From IMG/VR virus record IMGVR_UViG_3300038530_001458, positions 1 to 44,628 of that record: a DNA stretch of 44,628 bases, one strand, 5' to 3'. The stretch is from a virus. Its lineage: Duplodnaviria > Caudoviricetes. Below are positions 16,654 through 24,868 of the stretch, one piece after another. The notes under the pieces are model-generated. The model ran no database searches and was not told the origin of the DNA. It saw only the letters and a program-made list of their open reading frames with translations. Every line of letters starts with the position of its first letter. Within the stretch, counting starts at the first letter, position 1. The position numbers and the translations under genes are program-made.

Positions 16654-16919
16654 TCGACCTCTTGAATAAGTTGGTTGAGAGTCTTGAGAGATTGGAGACT
16701 GGAGATTTGTCGCTGACCATCGCTGAGACCCTTCTGCAAGGCCTCAGGATCGGCAGTACGGACAACTTGCTCCATCTCTTGCTTAACGAGCTTGAAGCAG
16801 AATTCAATGCGTTCTGCAGGCTTGCAGGCCAAGTGGCTTGAAGCTTTAGCTTTCTGCCCGCCAAGAATTAGGCAAAGCAGTTGGTTGATGGAGCGGTTGC
16901 AGTCTGGAAGTGTGATCAT
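16647..16919 (-). CDS. Hypothetical early protein
   Basis: ATGA coupling. Confidence 0.65.
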   Translation of the reverse strand: MITLPDCNRSINQLLCLILGGQKAKASSHLACKPAERIEFCFKLVKQEMEQVVRTADPEALQKGLSDGQRQISSLQSLKTLNQLIQEVEW

Positions 16920-17086
16920 TTGAGGTTGCGGTTGCGTTCAGCGGCGTCAGGAATGGAAGCTAAATATTCTTCCCATTCCGCTTCCCGCTCTCGTGCTTCG
17001 ATTTCTTCCTCTGATAAAGGAGGCCAAGGCTCCTTGTATTCAGATGGCAAAAGGTCGTCGATGTCTTCGTTGCGGATGATGGTCAC
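16916..17086 (-). CDS. Small acidic protein not in the ORF track (MTIIRNEDIDDLLPSEY..., 56 aa)
   Basis: Translated manually; GTGA and ATGA overlaps fit both neighbours exactly. Confidence 0.7.
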   Translation of the reverse strand: MTIIRNEDIDDLLPSEYKEPWPPLSEEEIEAREREAEWEEYLASIPDAAERNRNLK

Positions 17087-17532
17087 TTGCTTTGCTCCAC
17101 TACTTTTTCTGTAGCAACGGCCCTCTCTACTGCAACTTTTCTGGCCTCGTGTTCTGCTTTTCGCTTGGCATGTAGAGTAGCTGTGCGCTCGATTTCTGCC
17201 TTCAAGTTAAAAGAAGCGTCTTTCTCTTCAAAAGTCCGCTCACAATCGTCAAGCACATTATCAGCAATAGATTCAGCCCATGCATGGTTGCCGTAATACT
17301 CAGTGCCGTAATTGGGCCTCTGCAAGGGATGTTCTTTCATGCTCTCCACCTCTTCGTCGGTAAAGTCGCACTGGAGCTTCTCGACGTAGTAGGTGTCCTC
17401 GCTGAACATAAAGTCAATACCACGCGCTATAGCGAGCCAGATCAAATGCTCAACAGAGCGGTGTTGATTCTTGGCTACAGCAGTCAGATAATGATGCTGC
17501 TTGTCGGTCAGACGAAATGAAACGGTTTTCAT
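17083..17532 (-). CDS. Protein with N-terminal RHH-like domain
   Basis: MKTVSFRLTDKQHHYLTAVAKNQHRSVEHLI; AC-rich leader. Confidence 0.65.
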   Translation of the reverse strand: MKTVSFRLTDKQHHYLTAVAKNQHRSVEHLIWLAIARGIDFMFSEDTYYVEKLQCDFTDEEVESMKEHPLQRPNYGTEYYGNHAWAESIADNVLDDCERTFEEKDASFNLKAEIERTATLHAKRKAEHEARKVAVERAVATEKVVEQSK

Positions 17533-17567
17533 AGGTTGGTTGATTGGAACGGTGTGAGACAAACGTC

Positions 17568-17921
17568 TCAAAACTTTTGAGACAGGCCACCCATGCGGGC
17601 AAGCCTTTCGTATTCACGGACAAGACGTGCATAATCTTGAACGTTGCCCTGTTCGTAAGCGTCGATCAGCAGATGTTTGGTCATCCGCATCAATGGCTCA
17701 CGATCTTCCAGGGTGATCTCTGGCATTGGATCGGCTTCGATCGTGTGGTCTTCCTTTTCACGCAAAATGTCTGCCTCATCTATGTCGCGATAAGCGGTAG
17801 CGCGAGACAGACCGTATTTGCGTTGGAGCGTTGCAGCCACATCGGCTTTCTGAAGACCCATATCCAGGAGCTGTTTGGCGTGCTCCTGGTGGGCTTCCAC
17901 TTGTTCTGGGGTTCGCTTCAT
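17568..17921 (-). CDS. HTH DNA-binding protein
   Basis: ADVAATLQRKYGLSRATAYRDI. Confidence 0.7.
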   Translation of the reverse strand: MKRTPEQVEAHQEHAKQLLDMGLQKADVAATLQRKYGLSRATAYRDIDEADILREKEDHTIEADPMPEITLEDREPLMRMTKHLLIDAYEQGNVQDYARLVREYERLARMGGLSQKF

Positions 17922-18169
17922 GCCTCAATGTTGTCCTCCTTGCGGATGTGAGCAGTGAGAGTTTGGATGAAGCGCTCTTGTGTGGCGCGGTCGCAGAAAG
18001 CAAAGCAACTGTTGATGGCATCATTTAAGGAGTCTGTGCCAACCCAAAGCTGGATCTCCTCTTTTTTCCCATCAACCTTGTCTGAAACAGCAATGAGGCC
18101 ACTGCACAGGCAGACAAAAGAATCGCCTTCCATGTGCCATGTAGTTTGTTCTGAGAGTTCTTTTCTCAT
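17918..18169 (-). CDS. Hypothetical early protein
   Basis: ATG after an AC-rich leader; ATGA coupling. Confidence 0.65.
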   Translation of the reverse strand: MRKELSEQTTWHMEGDSFVCLCSGLIAVSDKVDGKKEEIQLWVGTDSLNDAINSCFAFCDRATQERFIQTLTAHIRKEDNIEA

Positions 18170-18225
18170 TGGTAAGGTTGGTGTTGTTGGAGCGGAGCAA
18201 GGGTCATCCCCTTGACTCTCGTCTT

Positions 18226-18254
18226 ACAATACAAGCCATTCAAGGAAACCGCAA
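18226..18254 (-). promoter_or_regulatory. Sigma70-type promoter for leftward early genes
   Basis: TTGCGG-N17-TATTGT on the - strand. Confidence 0.55.
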
Positions 18255-18263
18255 GCCGCCATT

Positions 18264-18450
18264 CATGACTGATTCAGCGCCTACAAAAACTATTCACTTC
18301 TGCGCTGATGAGTGGATGCTCCTCCTAGAAGCTCTCCATTGCTTTAAAGACACTCCCGACGGTATGCGGGCAAGTGGTCGCTTGAACTGGATTCGAGCCA
18401 AGCTTGAAGAATGCAGGGCTGAGGAATGCCTCATTCGACTCAGCGCATAA
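18264..18450 (+). CDS. Hypothetical protein (MTDSAPTKTIHF...), lone rightward gene; start coordinate approximate
   Basis: Internal ATG of the listed ORF; ends at the hairpin at 18448-18474. Confidence 0.45.
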
Positions 18451-18474
18451 AAAAAGCCCGCAATTAAGCGGGCT
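18448..18474 (-). terminator. Intrinsic terminator of the first early transcript
   Basis: AGCCCGC-TTAATT-GCGGGCT-T-tract on the - strand. Confidence 0.8.
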
Positions 18475-18784
18475 CCATGGTTTCGTTGTAAATGGTGCGC
18501 TCTTGACAGTAAAGGTCAACAGCAGTCCAAACCATTGCATTTTTTAAACTGTCAACGTCTCCAGCGTTCTCGCAAAAACTGCAAAGTGTGAAGTCGTGTT
18601 CATCAAGAAGCCATTTCTCAATGTCGTATTGATATTGGTCAAAAAATGCAATCGTTTCGCGATAATAGATGAAGTCGGAAACGCCAGAGATGCAGCCATA
18701 GCTGGCTACATCCCTGACCTCTGACTCATCCGTGAATCGAGCCTCTAGAGCATCCCGAAGGCGACAGTCAGACATCAAAGCCAT
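18464..18784 (-). CDS. Acidic early protein (GCxSG...IYY motif)
   Basis: About 22 D/E versus 8 K/R in 106 aa; second gene after the early promoter. Confidence 0.7.
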   Translation of the reverse strand: MALMSDCRLRDALEARFTDESEVRDVASYGCISGVSDFIYYRETIAFFDQYQYDIEKWLLDEHDFTLCSFCENAGDVDSLKNAMVWTAVDLYCQERTIYNETMEPA

Positions 18785-18785
18785 T

Positions 18786-18920
18786 TCAACGCACCACACG
18801 AACGAACTGCTGAGTCCCGCTGTGTGATTGGAGCGGAGACTCAAGCGCAGTTTGCACAAAGGCAACACTGAAGCTCCCCGCAGCGATCAATGCCGCCACG
18901 TATTGCATGAATGAGTTCAT
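18786..18920 (-). CDS. Small early membrane peptide
   Basis: MNSFMQYVAALIAAGSFSVAFV; AC-rich leader. Confidence 0.55.
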   Translation of the reverse strand: MNSFMQYVAALIAAGSFSVAFVQTALESPLQSHSGTQQFVRVVR

Positions 18921-19062
18921 AATTGGTTGGTCATTTGGTTTCGTTGGGTGCAGTCTCGTGAAGTTGTATTTCGTTGAAACTGCTGAACCTGACAAGCGAC
19001 AGCAGCCCGGGGGCTGTGCACTTTTGGAGCGATTTGCTCCCAGATTGTCGAGGTTCTCCTCT

Positions 19063-19071
19063 ATTGTATCA
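19063..19071 (-). promoter_or_regulatory. Extended -10 early promoter
   Basis: TG-A-TACAAT on the - strand upstream of the early operon. Confidence 0.6.
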
Positions 19072-19210
19072 CACGATTAGCAAATCTGGCTCTCGTCTGA
19101 CATTACAAAATGTTGCAACTTGCAAGCAGGGGGCGGTGTTGCAATTTTTTCGCGCCGCATCGCCACACGGGTACCCTGCATATATATCTGTTCAACAGCA
19201 CTCGTGTAAT

Positions 19211-19233
19211 AAAAAAGCCCCCTAAGTGGGGGC
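19211..19233 (-). terminator. Terminator after the terS-like gene
   Basis: GCCCCC-ACTTA-GGGGGC-TTTTTT on the - strand. Confidence 0.8.
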
Positions 19234-19260
19234 AAGGGTCTGAAGTTGTGAGCGTGGGGA

Positions 19261-19647
19261 TCAGCCGCCCTTATCTTCGATAGAAATTTTAAGTTCAGGC
19301 GCTTGGATATTGACGGTTTCAACAGACTCGCCAATAACGCGGCCAATGGAGTCAAGCACTTGACTTGCGGTCTGCAGTTGTCCCTTCTTAAGGGCTTGAT
19401 GAAACAGTTTGGTGCGCATGTGTTGCAGGCGAGCGAGCATATTGTCGCGGTCAGCTTGCCAATCTTCATCGACTAGCTTTTTGACTTCTGCCCAATCGCG
19501 CCAAGCGGTATTGATCGAAACCTGCTCTTTCTCTTTGTGCTCATACACGAGGGCACGAGCGGATAGTCCATCGAGCTGCCGTCGATAGAGACGCCTAATC
19601 CGGTCCTCTTTAGCTTGCGTTGTGCGATCCGTCAGAGGCTCAGGCAT
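19261..19647 (-). CDS. terS: Putative terminase small subunit
   Basis: N-terminal HTH-like region (VSINTAWRDW), helical middle and C-terminal beta strand; adjacent to terL but divergent. Confidence 0.55.
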   Translation of the reverse strand: MPEPLTDRTTQAKEDRIRRLYRRQLDGLSARALVYEHKEKEQVSINTAWRDWAEVKKLVDEDWQADRDNMLARLQHMRTKLFHQALKKGQLQTASQVLDSIGRVIGESVETVNIQAPELKISIEDKGG

Positions 19648-19745
19648 CAACCTATCGACCTTTTTTTAGATAATAACTGCCTGCCAGGCATTCTGACACG
19701 TTCTAGAGGGGGCTAGGGGTTGAAAACCTGTGTAATGTAATAGGC

Positions 19746-20999
19746 ATGACTACAAAAGCAGACCCGGTAAACCTGAGATGGGCACAGGGTCAAGTCTTTT
19801 CAAGCAACAAACGATTCCGCGTTTTAGTTGCCGGGCGTCGATTTGGCAAATCGTACCTTTCATGCGTTGAGCTGTTACGTGGGGCGCTTAACAGGCCTGG
19901 CGAAACGTTTTTTTATTGTGCTCCGACGTACCGAATGGCCAAAGATATTGCGTGGAGAGCGTTAAAAAAGCTAGTTCCGAAGGTTTGGATCCACACCAAG
20001 AACGAAACGGACCTCAGGATCGAGCTAATTAACGGTTCAACAATTGAATTGAAAGGTACTGAAAACGCAATGGCGCTTCGTGGCCGCAGTTTGAGCGGTG
20101 TAGTGCTGGATGAAGCAGCATTTATGGATTCAGAGGTGTGGTTTGAGGTAATTCGACCTGCATTAGCGGATAAAGAGGGTTGGGCGTTGTTTATTTCGAC
20201 GCCAGACGGTACAGCTAGTTGGTTTTATGACTTGTGGTGTTATGTCCCAGACGACGAAACAGGAGATTGGCAGCGATGGAGCTATACAACGATTGAAGGA
20301 GGAAACGTCAGTAAGCACGAGGTTGAAGCAGCCCGCGCTCAACTTGATTCGCGCACGTTCCGCCAGGAATTTGAAGCGTCCTTCGAGAACTTAACTGGTT
20401 TGGTCGCCATCAGCTTTTCTGATGACAACATTTCAACAGAAGCAAAGGACATTTCAATCCAGCCGTTGCTATTAGGCGTTGACTTCAACGTTGATCCCAT
20501 GAGCGGTATTTGCGCGGTCAAGGATCAGGACACGTTGTACGTGTTTGACGAGATTACATTGACTGGTGGGGCGACCACTTGGGATTTTGCAGAAGAAGTC
20601 ACTCGCAGGTATGGGGTAGATCGCAGAGTTATTGCATGTCCTGACCCCACAGGCGGTGCAAGAAAGACAAGTGGTGTGGGCGTGACAGACCACGCAATCC
20701 TCAGACGCAGCGGCTTTACGGTTCAAAGCCCTAGATCACCGTGGAAGATTCGAGACAAGATCACAGCGGTCAATACAGGCCTAATGGATGCTTCTGGAGC
20801 GCGAAGGGTCAAGATTCATCCGCGTTGTAAAGAGTTGATCAAGTCATTGCGAACGCTGACTTACGCACCAGGCACTGGTCTGCCCAATAAAAACTTAGGT
20901 GTAGACCACGCTTTCGACGCTTTTGGGTACTTGGTGCTGCAGCAATTCAACCTTGCGAAGCCTGAGACTTTAGGGCCAACCAGCTATCGGCTTTATTAA
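19746..20999 (+). CDS. terL: Terminase large subunit
   Basis: AGRRFGKS Walker A, VVLDEAA Walker B, ISTP coupling motif, GVDFN and DHAFDAFGY RNaseH-like nuclease motifs. Confidence 0.96.
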   Translation: MTTKADPVNLRWAQGQVFSSNKRFRVLVAGRRFGKSYLSCVELLRGALNRPGETFFYCAPTYRMAKDIAWRALKKLVPKVWIHTKNETDLRIELINGSTIELKGTENAMALRGRSLSGVVLDEAAFMDSEVWFEVIRPALADKEGWALFISTPDGTASWFYDLWCYVPDDETGDWQRWSYTTIEGGNVSKHEVEAARAQLDSRTFRQEFEASFENLTGLVAISFSDDNISTEAKDISIQPLLLGVDFNVDPMSGICAVKDQDTLYVFDEITLTGGATTWDFAEEVTRRYGVDRRVIACPDPTGGARKTSGVGVTDHAILRRSGFTVQSPRSPWKIRDKITAVNTGLMDASGARRVKIHPRCKELIKSLRTLTYAPGTGLPNKNLGVDHAFDAFGYLVLQQFNLAKPETLGPTSYRLY

Positions 21000-21139
21000 A
21001 ATGACTAGGTACTTTTGCCAAAAGGCGAAGGACAAGTCTCCTGCAGCGGATCAGGAGTAAGGAGCGTCAGGTGCGCGAGCCGGTTCTAGTCCGCAACCAT
21101 TTAAAGCGTTAGACTAAAGCTGTTATCGCATTTTGCGTT

Positions 21140-21241
21140 ATGCCTGGTCATTACGGAGCTGGTGGCAAGAAAAAGCCCAAAGGCAAGAAAAAGGGCATGA
21201 AGAAGGGCACCAAGAAGATGCGGTGCAGCTGTGGCAGCTGA
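21140..21241 (+). CDS. Very Lys-rich 33-aa peptide not in the ORF track (MPGHYGAGGKKKPKGKKKGMKKGTKKMRCSCGS)
   Basis: Translated manually; -10-like TAGACT about 30 nt upstream. Confidence 0.65.
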   Translation: MPGHYGAGGKKKPKGKKKGMKKGTKKMRCSCGS

Positions 21242-21431
21242 AAACGTTCCAGTAAACAAGGCGCTTTACAGCCGAGTTAAAGCTGAAGCCAAGCGCAAGT
21301 TCGCGGTGTATCCAAGCGCGTATGCAAATGCGTGGCTAGTGCGCGAATATAAGAAGCGTGGTGGCACTTATCGGAAAGCAACCAGTGGCGGAACGAAAAA
21401 AACCACGAAAACCCGCAAAACCAAAAAGTAA
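21231..21431 (+). CDS. Small basic phage protein (YPSAYAN motif)
   Basis: Motif recalled from other phage proteins; K/R-rich. Confidence 0.7.
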   Translation: MAAENVPVNKALYSRVKAEAKRKFAVYPSAYANAWLVREYKKRGGTYRKATSGGTKKTTKTRKTKK

Positions 21432-21687
21432 GGGTCGTGGAGGCCTTGGCAGATGGTTTGATGAAAAGTGGGTCGATATAAAGACCGGGAAGCCTTGTGG
21501 CCGTTCTAAGGGTGAAAAGCGCGATTATCCGGCGTGTCGTCCATCAAAACGAGTGTCAGATAAGACGCCAAAAACTACAAAAGAGATGAGTCCAGCGGAA
21601 AAGGCTCGTTTCAAGCGCGAAAAGACTGGATCAAAGAAAATTTCGTACCAACATCGCCGACGCAAGGCTAAGAAGAAGAAGAGCTGA
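21385..21687 (+). CDS. Basic phage protein (GLGRWFDEKWVD...YPACRP)
   Basis: GTG start gives MAERKK, the same N-terminus as 22182..22442. Confidence 0.7.
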   Translation: MAERKKPRKPAKPKSKGRGGLGRWFDEKWVDIKTGKPCGRSKGEKRDYPACRPSKRVSDKTPKTTKEMSPAEKARFKREKTGSKKISYQHRRRKAKKKKS

Positions 21688-21747
21688 CATGGCTTGTGGG
21701 TGGTTAGCGGTTAGACTGAGGGTTATAGACCCTTCTTATGTCTAAAA

Positions 21748-22170
21748 ATGGCTGTTCTTCGCGGAGAGCAAGGATCGGTCCAGTTTGAAACTGGTGCTGG
21801 CAGTCTTGCCACAGTTGTCGGCACTCGTAGCTGGACGCTCAACATCACCAAAGACACGTTGGACACTACAGTCCACGGCAATACTTTTCGGCAGTTTGTT
21901 GGCAGCATGGTCAGCGGTTCTGGCACGGTTGAGTTGGTTTACGATCCAGATGCAACTGGCCAAGCTGGTTTGATTGAAGATGTTGTAAAAACCAACGATG
22001 CTGCAGATGCTTCGTTTGAGTTATTTACAACTGGTAGTAGTACAGGTACTGATTCTGTTGCCTTTGGTGGAATTATTACCAGCATGGACATCAGTTCTAC
22101 TGTTGGAGATTTGGTTGTTGCTACTTGCAACTTCATCACCAGCGGCACCATCACTTCTAACCTTCAGTAA
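21748..22170 (+). CDS. Major tail tube protein
   Basis: G.QGSV...RSWTLNITKDTLDTT.HG...F..GSGTVE...GIITS pattern of siphovirus tube proteins. Confidence 0.78.
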   Translation: MAVLRGEQGSVQFETGAGSLATVVGTRSWTLNITKDTLDTTVHGNTFRQFVGSMVSGSGTVELVYDPDATGQAGLIEDVVKTNDAADASFELFTTGSSTGTDSVAFGGIITSMDISSTVGDLVVATCNFITSGTITSNLQ

Positions 22171-22181
22171 GGGTTAGAACG

Positions 22182-22442
22182 ATGGCAGAGCGCAAAAAAC
22201 GTAAACGTGGTCCCAGCCTTAGTGTTGGGCGTGGCGAAAAGCTGCCTGCTAGTAAAGGTGCTGGTCTTACCGCTAAAGGCCGCGCTAGGTATAACCGTGA
22301 AACGGGTTCAAACTTGAAGCCACCAGTCACGGGTAAGCCTAAAAGCAAAGCAGAAGCCGCCCGTAAGAAGTCTTTTTGCGCTCGTAGTCGTGGATGGACA
22401 GGTGAACGGGGTAAAGCGGCCCGTCGTCGATGGGGCTGTTAG
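22182..22442 (+). CDS. Basic phage protein (GLTAKGRA.YN...RKKSFCAR...RRWGC)
   Basis: Motif recalled from other phage proteins; K/R-rich. Confidence 0.75.
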   Translation: MAERKKRKRGPSLSVGRGEKLPASKGAGLTAKGRARYNRETGSNLKPPVTGKPKSKAEAARKKSFCARSRGWTGERGKAARRRWGC

Positions 22443-22462
22443 TAACTCACTTTTGAGGTGTC

Positions 22463-23905
22463 ATGACCTACTCTGTGCCGGGTCTGGTAAGAACGCATCT
22501 AGTCAGCTCTTCCTATTTAGGAGGTGTTGATAGTCCGTTCGTTCGGACACGGGCAGTAATTGACCAGATGAAGGGCTGGGAGATTATGAAAGCCGTGACA
22601 AGCGGCACAGAGTATTTACGGGACAATTCAGAAGCATTTTTGCCATTAGAGCCACGCGAGGACTACAGCGCTTACCTAGCGCGGGTTAACCGGTCTGTTT
22701 TTACGCCGTACACACAGCGTTTGATTCGAGCAGCAGCTGGGTTGATTCTGCGTAAACCGATTAGTGTTGAAGGAGACCCATATTGGACCAATGTCTTTAA
22801 CAAGGATGTTGATGGTTGTGGATCAGATTTAGATGAGTACGCTCGACGACTTTTGATTTGTGCCCTGACTTATGGGCACTGCCACACTCTGGTTGATTTT
22901 CCTGCGCCATCGGACGCGAGAAGTCTTGCTGAAGAGCGTGCTCTTAATCGTCGGCCCTATTGGATTGAAGTGGATCCGACCCAAGTTTATGGCTGGCGTT
23001 TGGACCGAGAAGTCAACTACGGCAACCTTACGCAAGTTCGTATTGGTGAAAAGGCCGTTGTGCCTGATGGTGAATTTGGAGAGAAAGTGTATGACCAAAT
23101 TCGTGTCATCGAGCCAGGTCGTTATCGTGTCTTCCGGCAAGAAGAGCAGAAGAAAGATATGCAAGGGAAGTTCCCATACCCCTCTAGCTTCGATCAATCC
23201 GACGCTACAGCGGAGTACGAGTTGGTTGAATCAGGCGATTTTTCGCTTGGTCAAATACCGCTGGTAACGATTTATGCCAATAAAACGGATACATTAATGA
23301 GTAAGCCGCCGTTGCTGGATATTGCTCATCTCAATCTGGCCCATTATCAACGGCAAGCGGATCTTATCCACAGCTTGCACATCGCTTCGCAACCGATGCT
23401 TGTCCTTGAAGGCTGGGATGACCAGACAAAGGATGTGGCGATCAGCGTTAATTATGCGATGGCGACCCAGCCGGGTAATAAGGTCTATTACGTGGAGCCT
23501 GCATCAAGCGCGTTTGAAGCGCAGTCGGCGGAAATACAGGAGTTACAGCAGCAGATGGCGACGCTTGGAATCAGCACGCTGAGCCAACAGAAGTTTGTTG
23601 CGGAATCTGCTGATGCTCGTCGCCTAGATCGTATCGACACTAATTCAATGCTGTCAATGGTTTCGATGGATCTTGAGTCAGGACTGCAAAAATCGTATGA
23701 CTTAGCTGCTGATTACTTGGGTTTAGAGCCGCCTGAGGTCAAGATTAGCCGCGACTTTGACTTGCAAAGGCTTATTGGGCAGGATATTGCAGCTATGGCT
23801 CAGCTCTTTGAAGACAAAGTTATTGATCGGGATGAATTCCGTGAGATGCTTGTGCAAGGCGAAATCTTGCCTACTGTGGCCCAAGCGGAGGATCAATCTG
23901 AATGA
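22463..23905 (+). CDS. Portal protein
   Basis: 480 aa between terminase and scaffold; YLARVNRS, IPLVTIY, PPLLDIAHLNLAHYQ motifs (DUF4055-type). Confidence 0.88.
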   Translation: MTYSVPGLVRTHLVSSSYLGGVDSPFVRTRAVIDQMKGWEIMKAVTSGTEYLRDNSEAFLPLEPREDYSAYLARVNRSVFTPYTQRLIRAAAGLILRKPISVEGDPYWTNVFNKDVDGCGSDLDEYARRLLICALTYGHCHTLVDFPAPSDARSLAEERALNRRPYWIEVDPTQVYGWRLDREVNYGNLTQVRIGEKAVVPDGEFGEKVYDQIRVIEPGRYRVFRQEEQKKDMQGKFPYPSSFDQSDATAEYELVESGDFSLGQIPLVTIYANKTDTLMSKPPLLDIAHLNLAHYQRQADLIHSLHIASQPMLVLEGWDDQTKDVAISVNYAMATQPGNKVYYVEPASSAFEAQSAEIQELQQQMATLGISTLSQQKFVAESADARRLDRIDTNSMLSMVSMDLESGLQKSYDLAADYLGLEPPEVKISRDFDLQRLIGQDIAAMAQLFEDKVIDRDEFREMLVQGEILPTVAQAEDQSE

Positions 23906-24084
23906 CCAAGTCTATTCAGCGAGTATTGCAGCCTGACGGTACTTACCGTTGGGAATCTGTCGAGCATTTAAGTGAAGCAGAACAAATCAAGCAAAAAGAG
24001 GTTAGTTCACCGCCTAAATCGACAAAAAAGACAAGAACTACTAAGGTAGTAAAGCAAACTGATACAAAAGAAACGTCTTCGTAA
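23902..24084 (+). CDS. Small hypothetical protein
   Basis: ATGA and TAATG coupling on both sides. Confidence 0.6.
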   Translation: MTKSIQRVLQPDGTYRWESVEHLSEAEQIKQKEVSSPPKSTKKTRTTKVVKQTDTKETSS

Positions 24085-24803
24085 TGGAAGAACAAGTCAT
24101 CCAGGAAACGCCCGTGGCAACTCCTGCTGAGCAGCCCGTGGTTGCGAATGACAACACTGTCAACATTGATGTTGCTGCTTACGAGCAACAGATCCAAGCT
24201 GAAAAAGCCCGAGCTGAAGAAGCTGAGGGCAAATTCCAGCGTATCAAGGAAAAAATGAATGACCTTGATAAAAAGTTGGAAAAGAACGAGGCCGAACGGC
24301 GTAAAAGGCTTGAAGATCAAGGTCAATGGAAAGACCTTTGGGAAGAAGCCAACAAAACGGCTCAGACTAAGGACCAACAGATCGCTGATTTGGAGCGACA
24401 GTTGGCTGAGCTTCGCAACTCCAACGAGACTGCGGCAATGCAAACTTCAGCATTGTCTGCCATTAGTCAGGCTGGAGCAATCAATGCTGAGCAGATGCTA
24501 CGTCTTGTTCAAAACGACCTTAAAAAGTCTGATGATGGCAGCGTCAAGGTGCTTGATGGCGGTGTCGAACAAGACATTAATGTCTACCTTGCCAAGTTGA
24601 AGAATCCTGGTTCTGGTTACGAGCATCATTTCAAACCTAGTGCTCAAGCTGGTATGGGAGCCAAGCCAACTACAGGAACTGCTGGCGCAGCAGGCATCGC
24701 TAATCCTTGGTTGGAAGGTAGTATGAACTTAACAAGGCAAATGGCCTTGGAAACTACCGACCCTGATCTTGCAGCCGTGCTCAAGAGAGAGGCAGGTAAA
24801 TAG
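24084..24803 (+). CDS. Capsid scaffolding protein
   Basis: Coiled-coil and acidic; C-terminal NPW...NLTRQM; directly upstream of the capsid gene. Confidence 0.85.
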   Translation: MEEQVIQETPVATPAEQPVVANDNTVNIDVAAYEQQIQAEKARAEEAEGKFQRIKEKMNDLDKKLEKNEAERRKRLEDQGQWKDLWEEANKTAQTKDQQIADLERQLAELRNSNETAAMQTSALSAISQAGAINAEQMLRLVQNDLKKSDDGSVKVLDGGVEQDINVYLAKLKNPGSGYEHHFKPSAQAGMGAKPTTGTAGAAGIANPWLEGSMNLTRQMALETTDPDLAAVLKREAGK

Positions 24804-24839
24804 CTCCCGTGGAGCTTTCCCTTCAAGTCCGTGACTTGA
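24802..24839 (+). promoter_or_regulatory. Tandem hairpins with identical CCGTG loops in the capsid gene leader
   Basis: AGCTC-CCGTG-GAGCT and TCAAGT-CCGTG-ACTTGA. Confidence 0.7.
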
Positions 24840-24868
24840 GACCCGCAAACTTTTACCCCGATTAAGAA

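Noticed and set aside
21078-21099. tRNA gene or attP from GGTTCTAGTCC...ACCA
   Set aside because: No 7-bp acceptor stem or anticodon arm can be built and no integrase is present; kept only as an unexplained structured element
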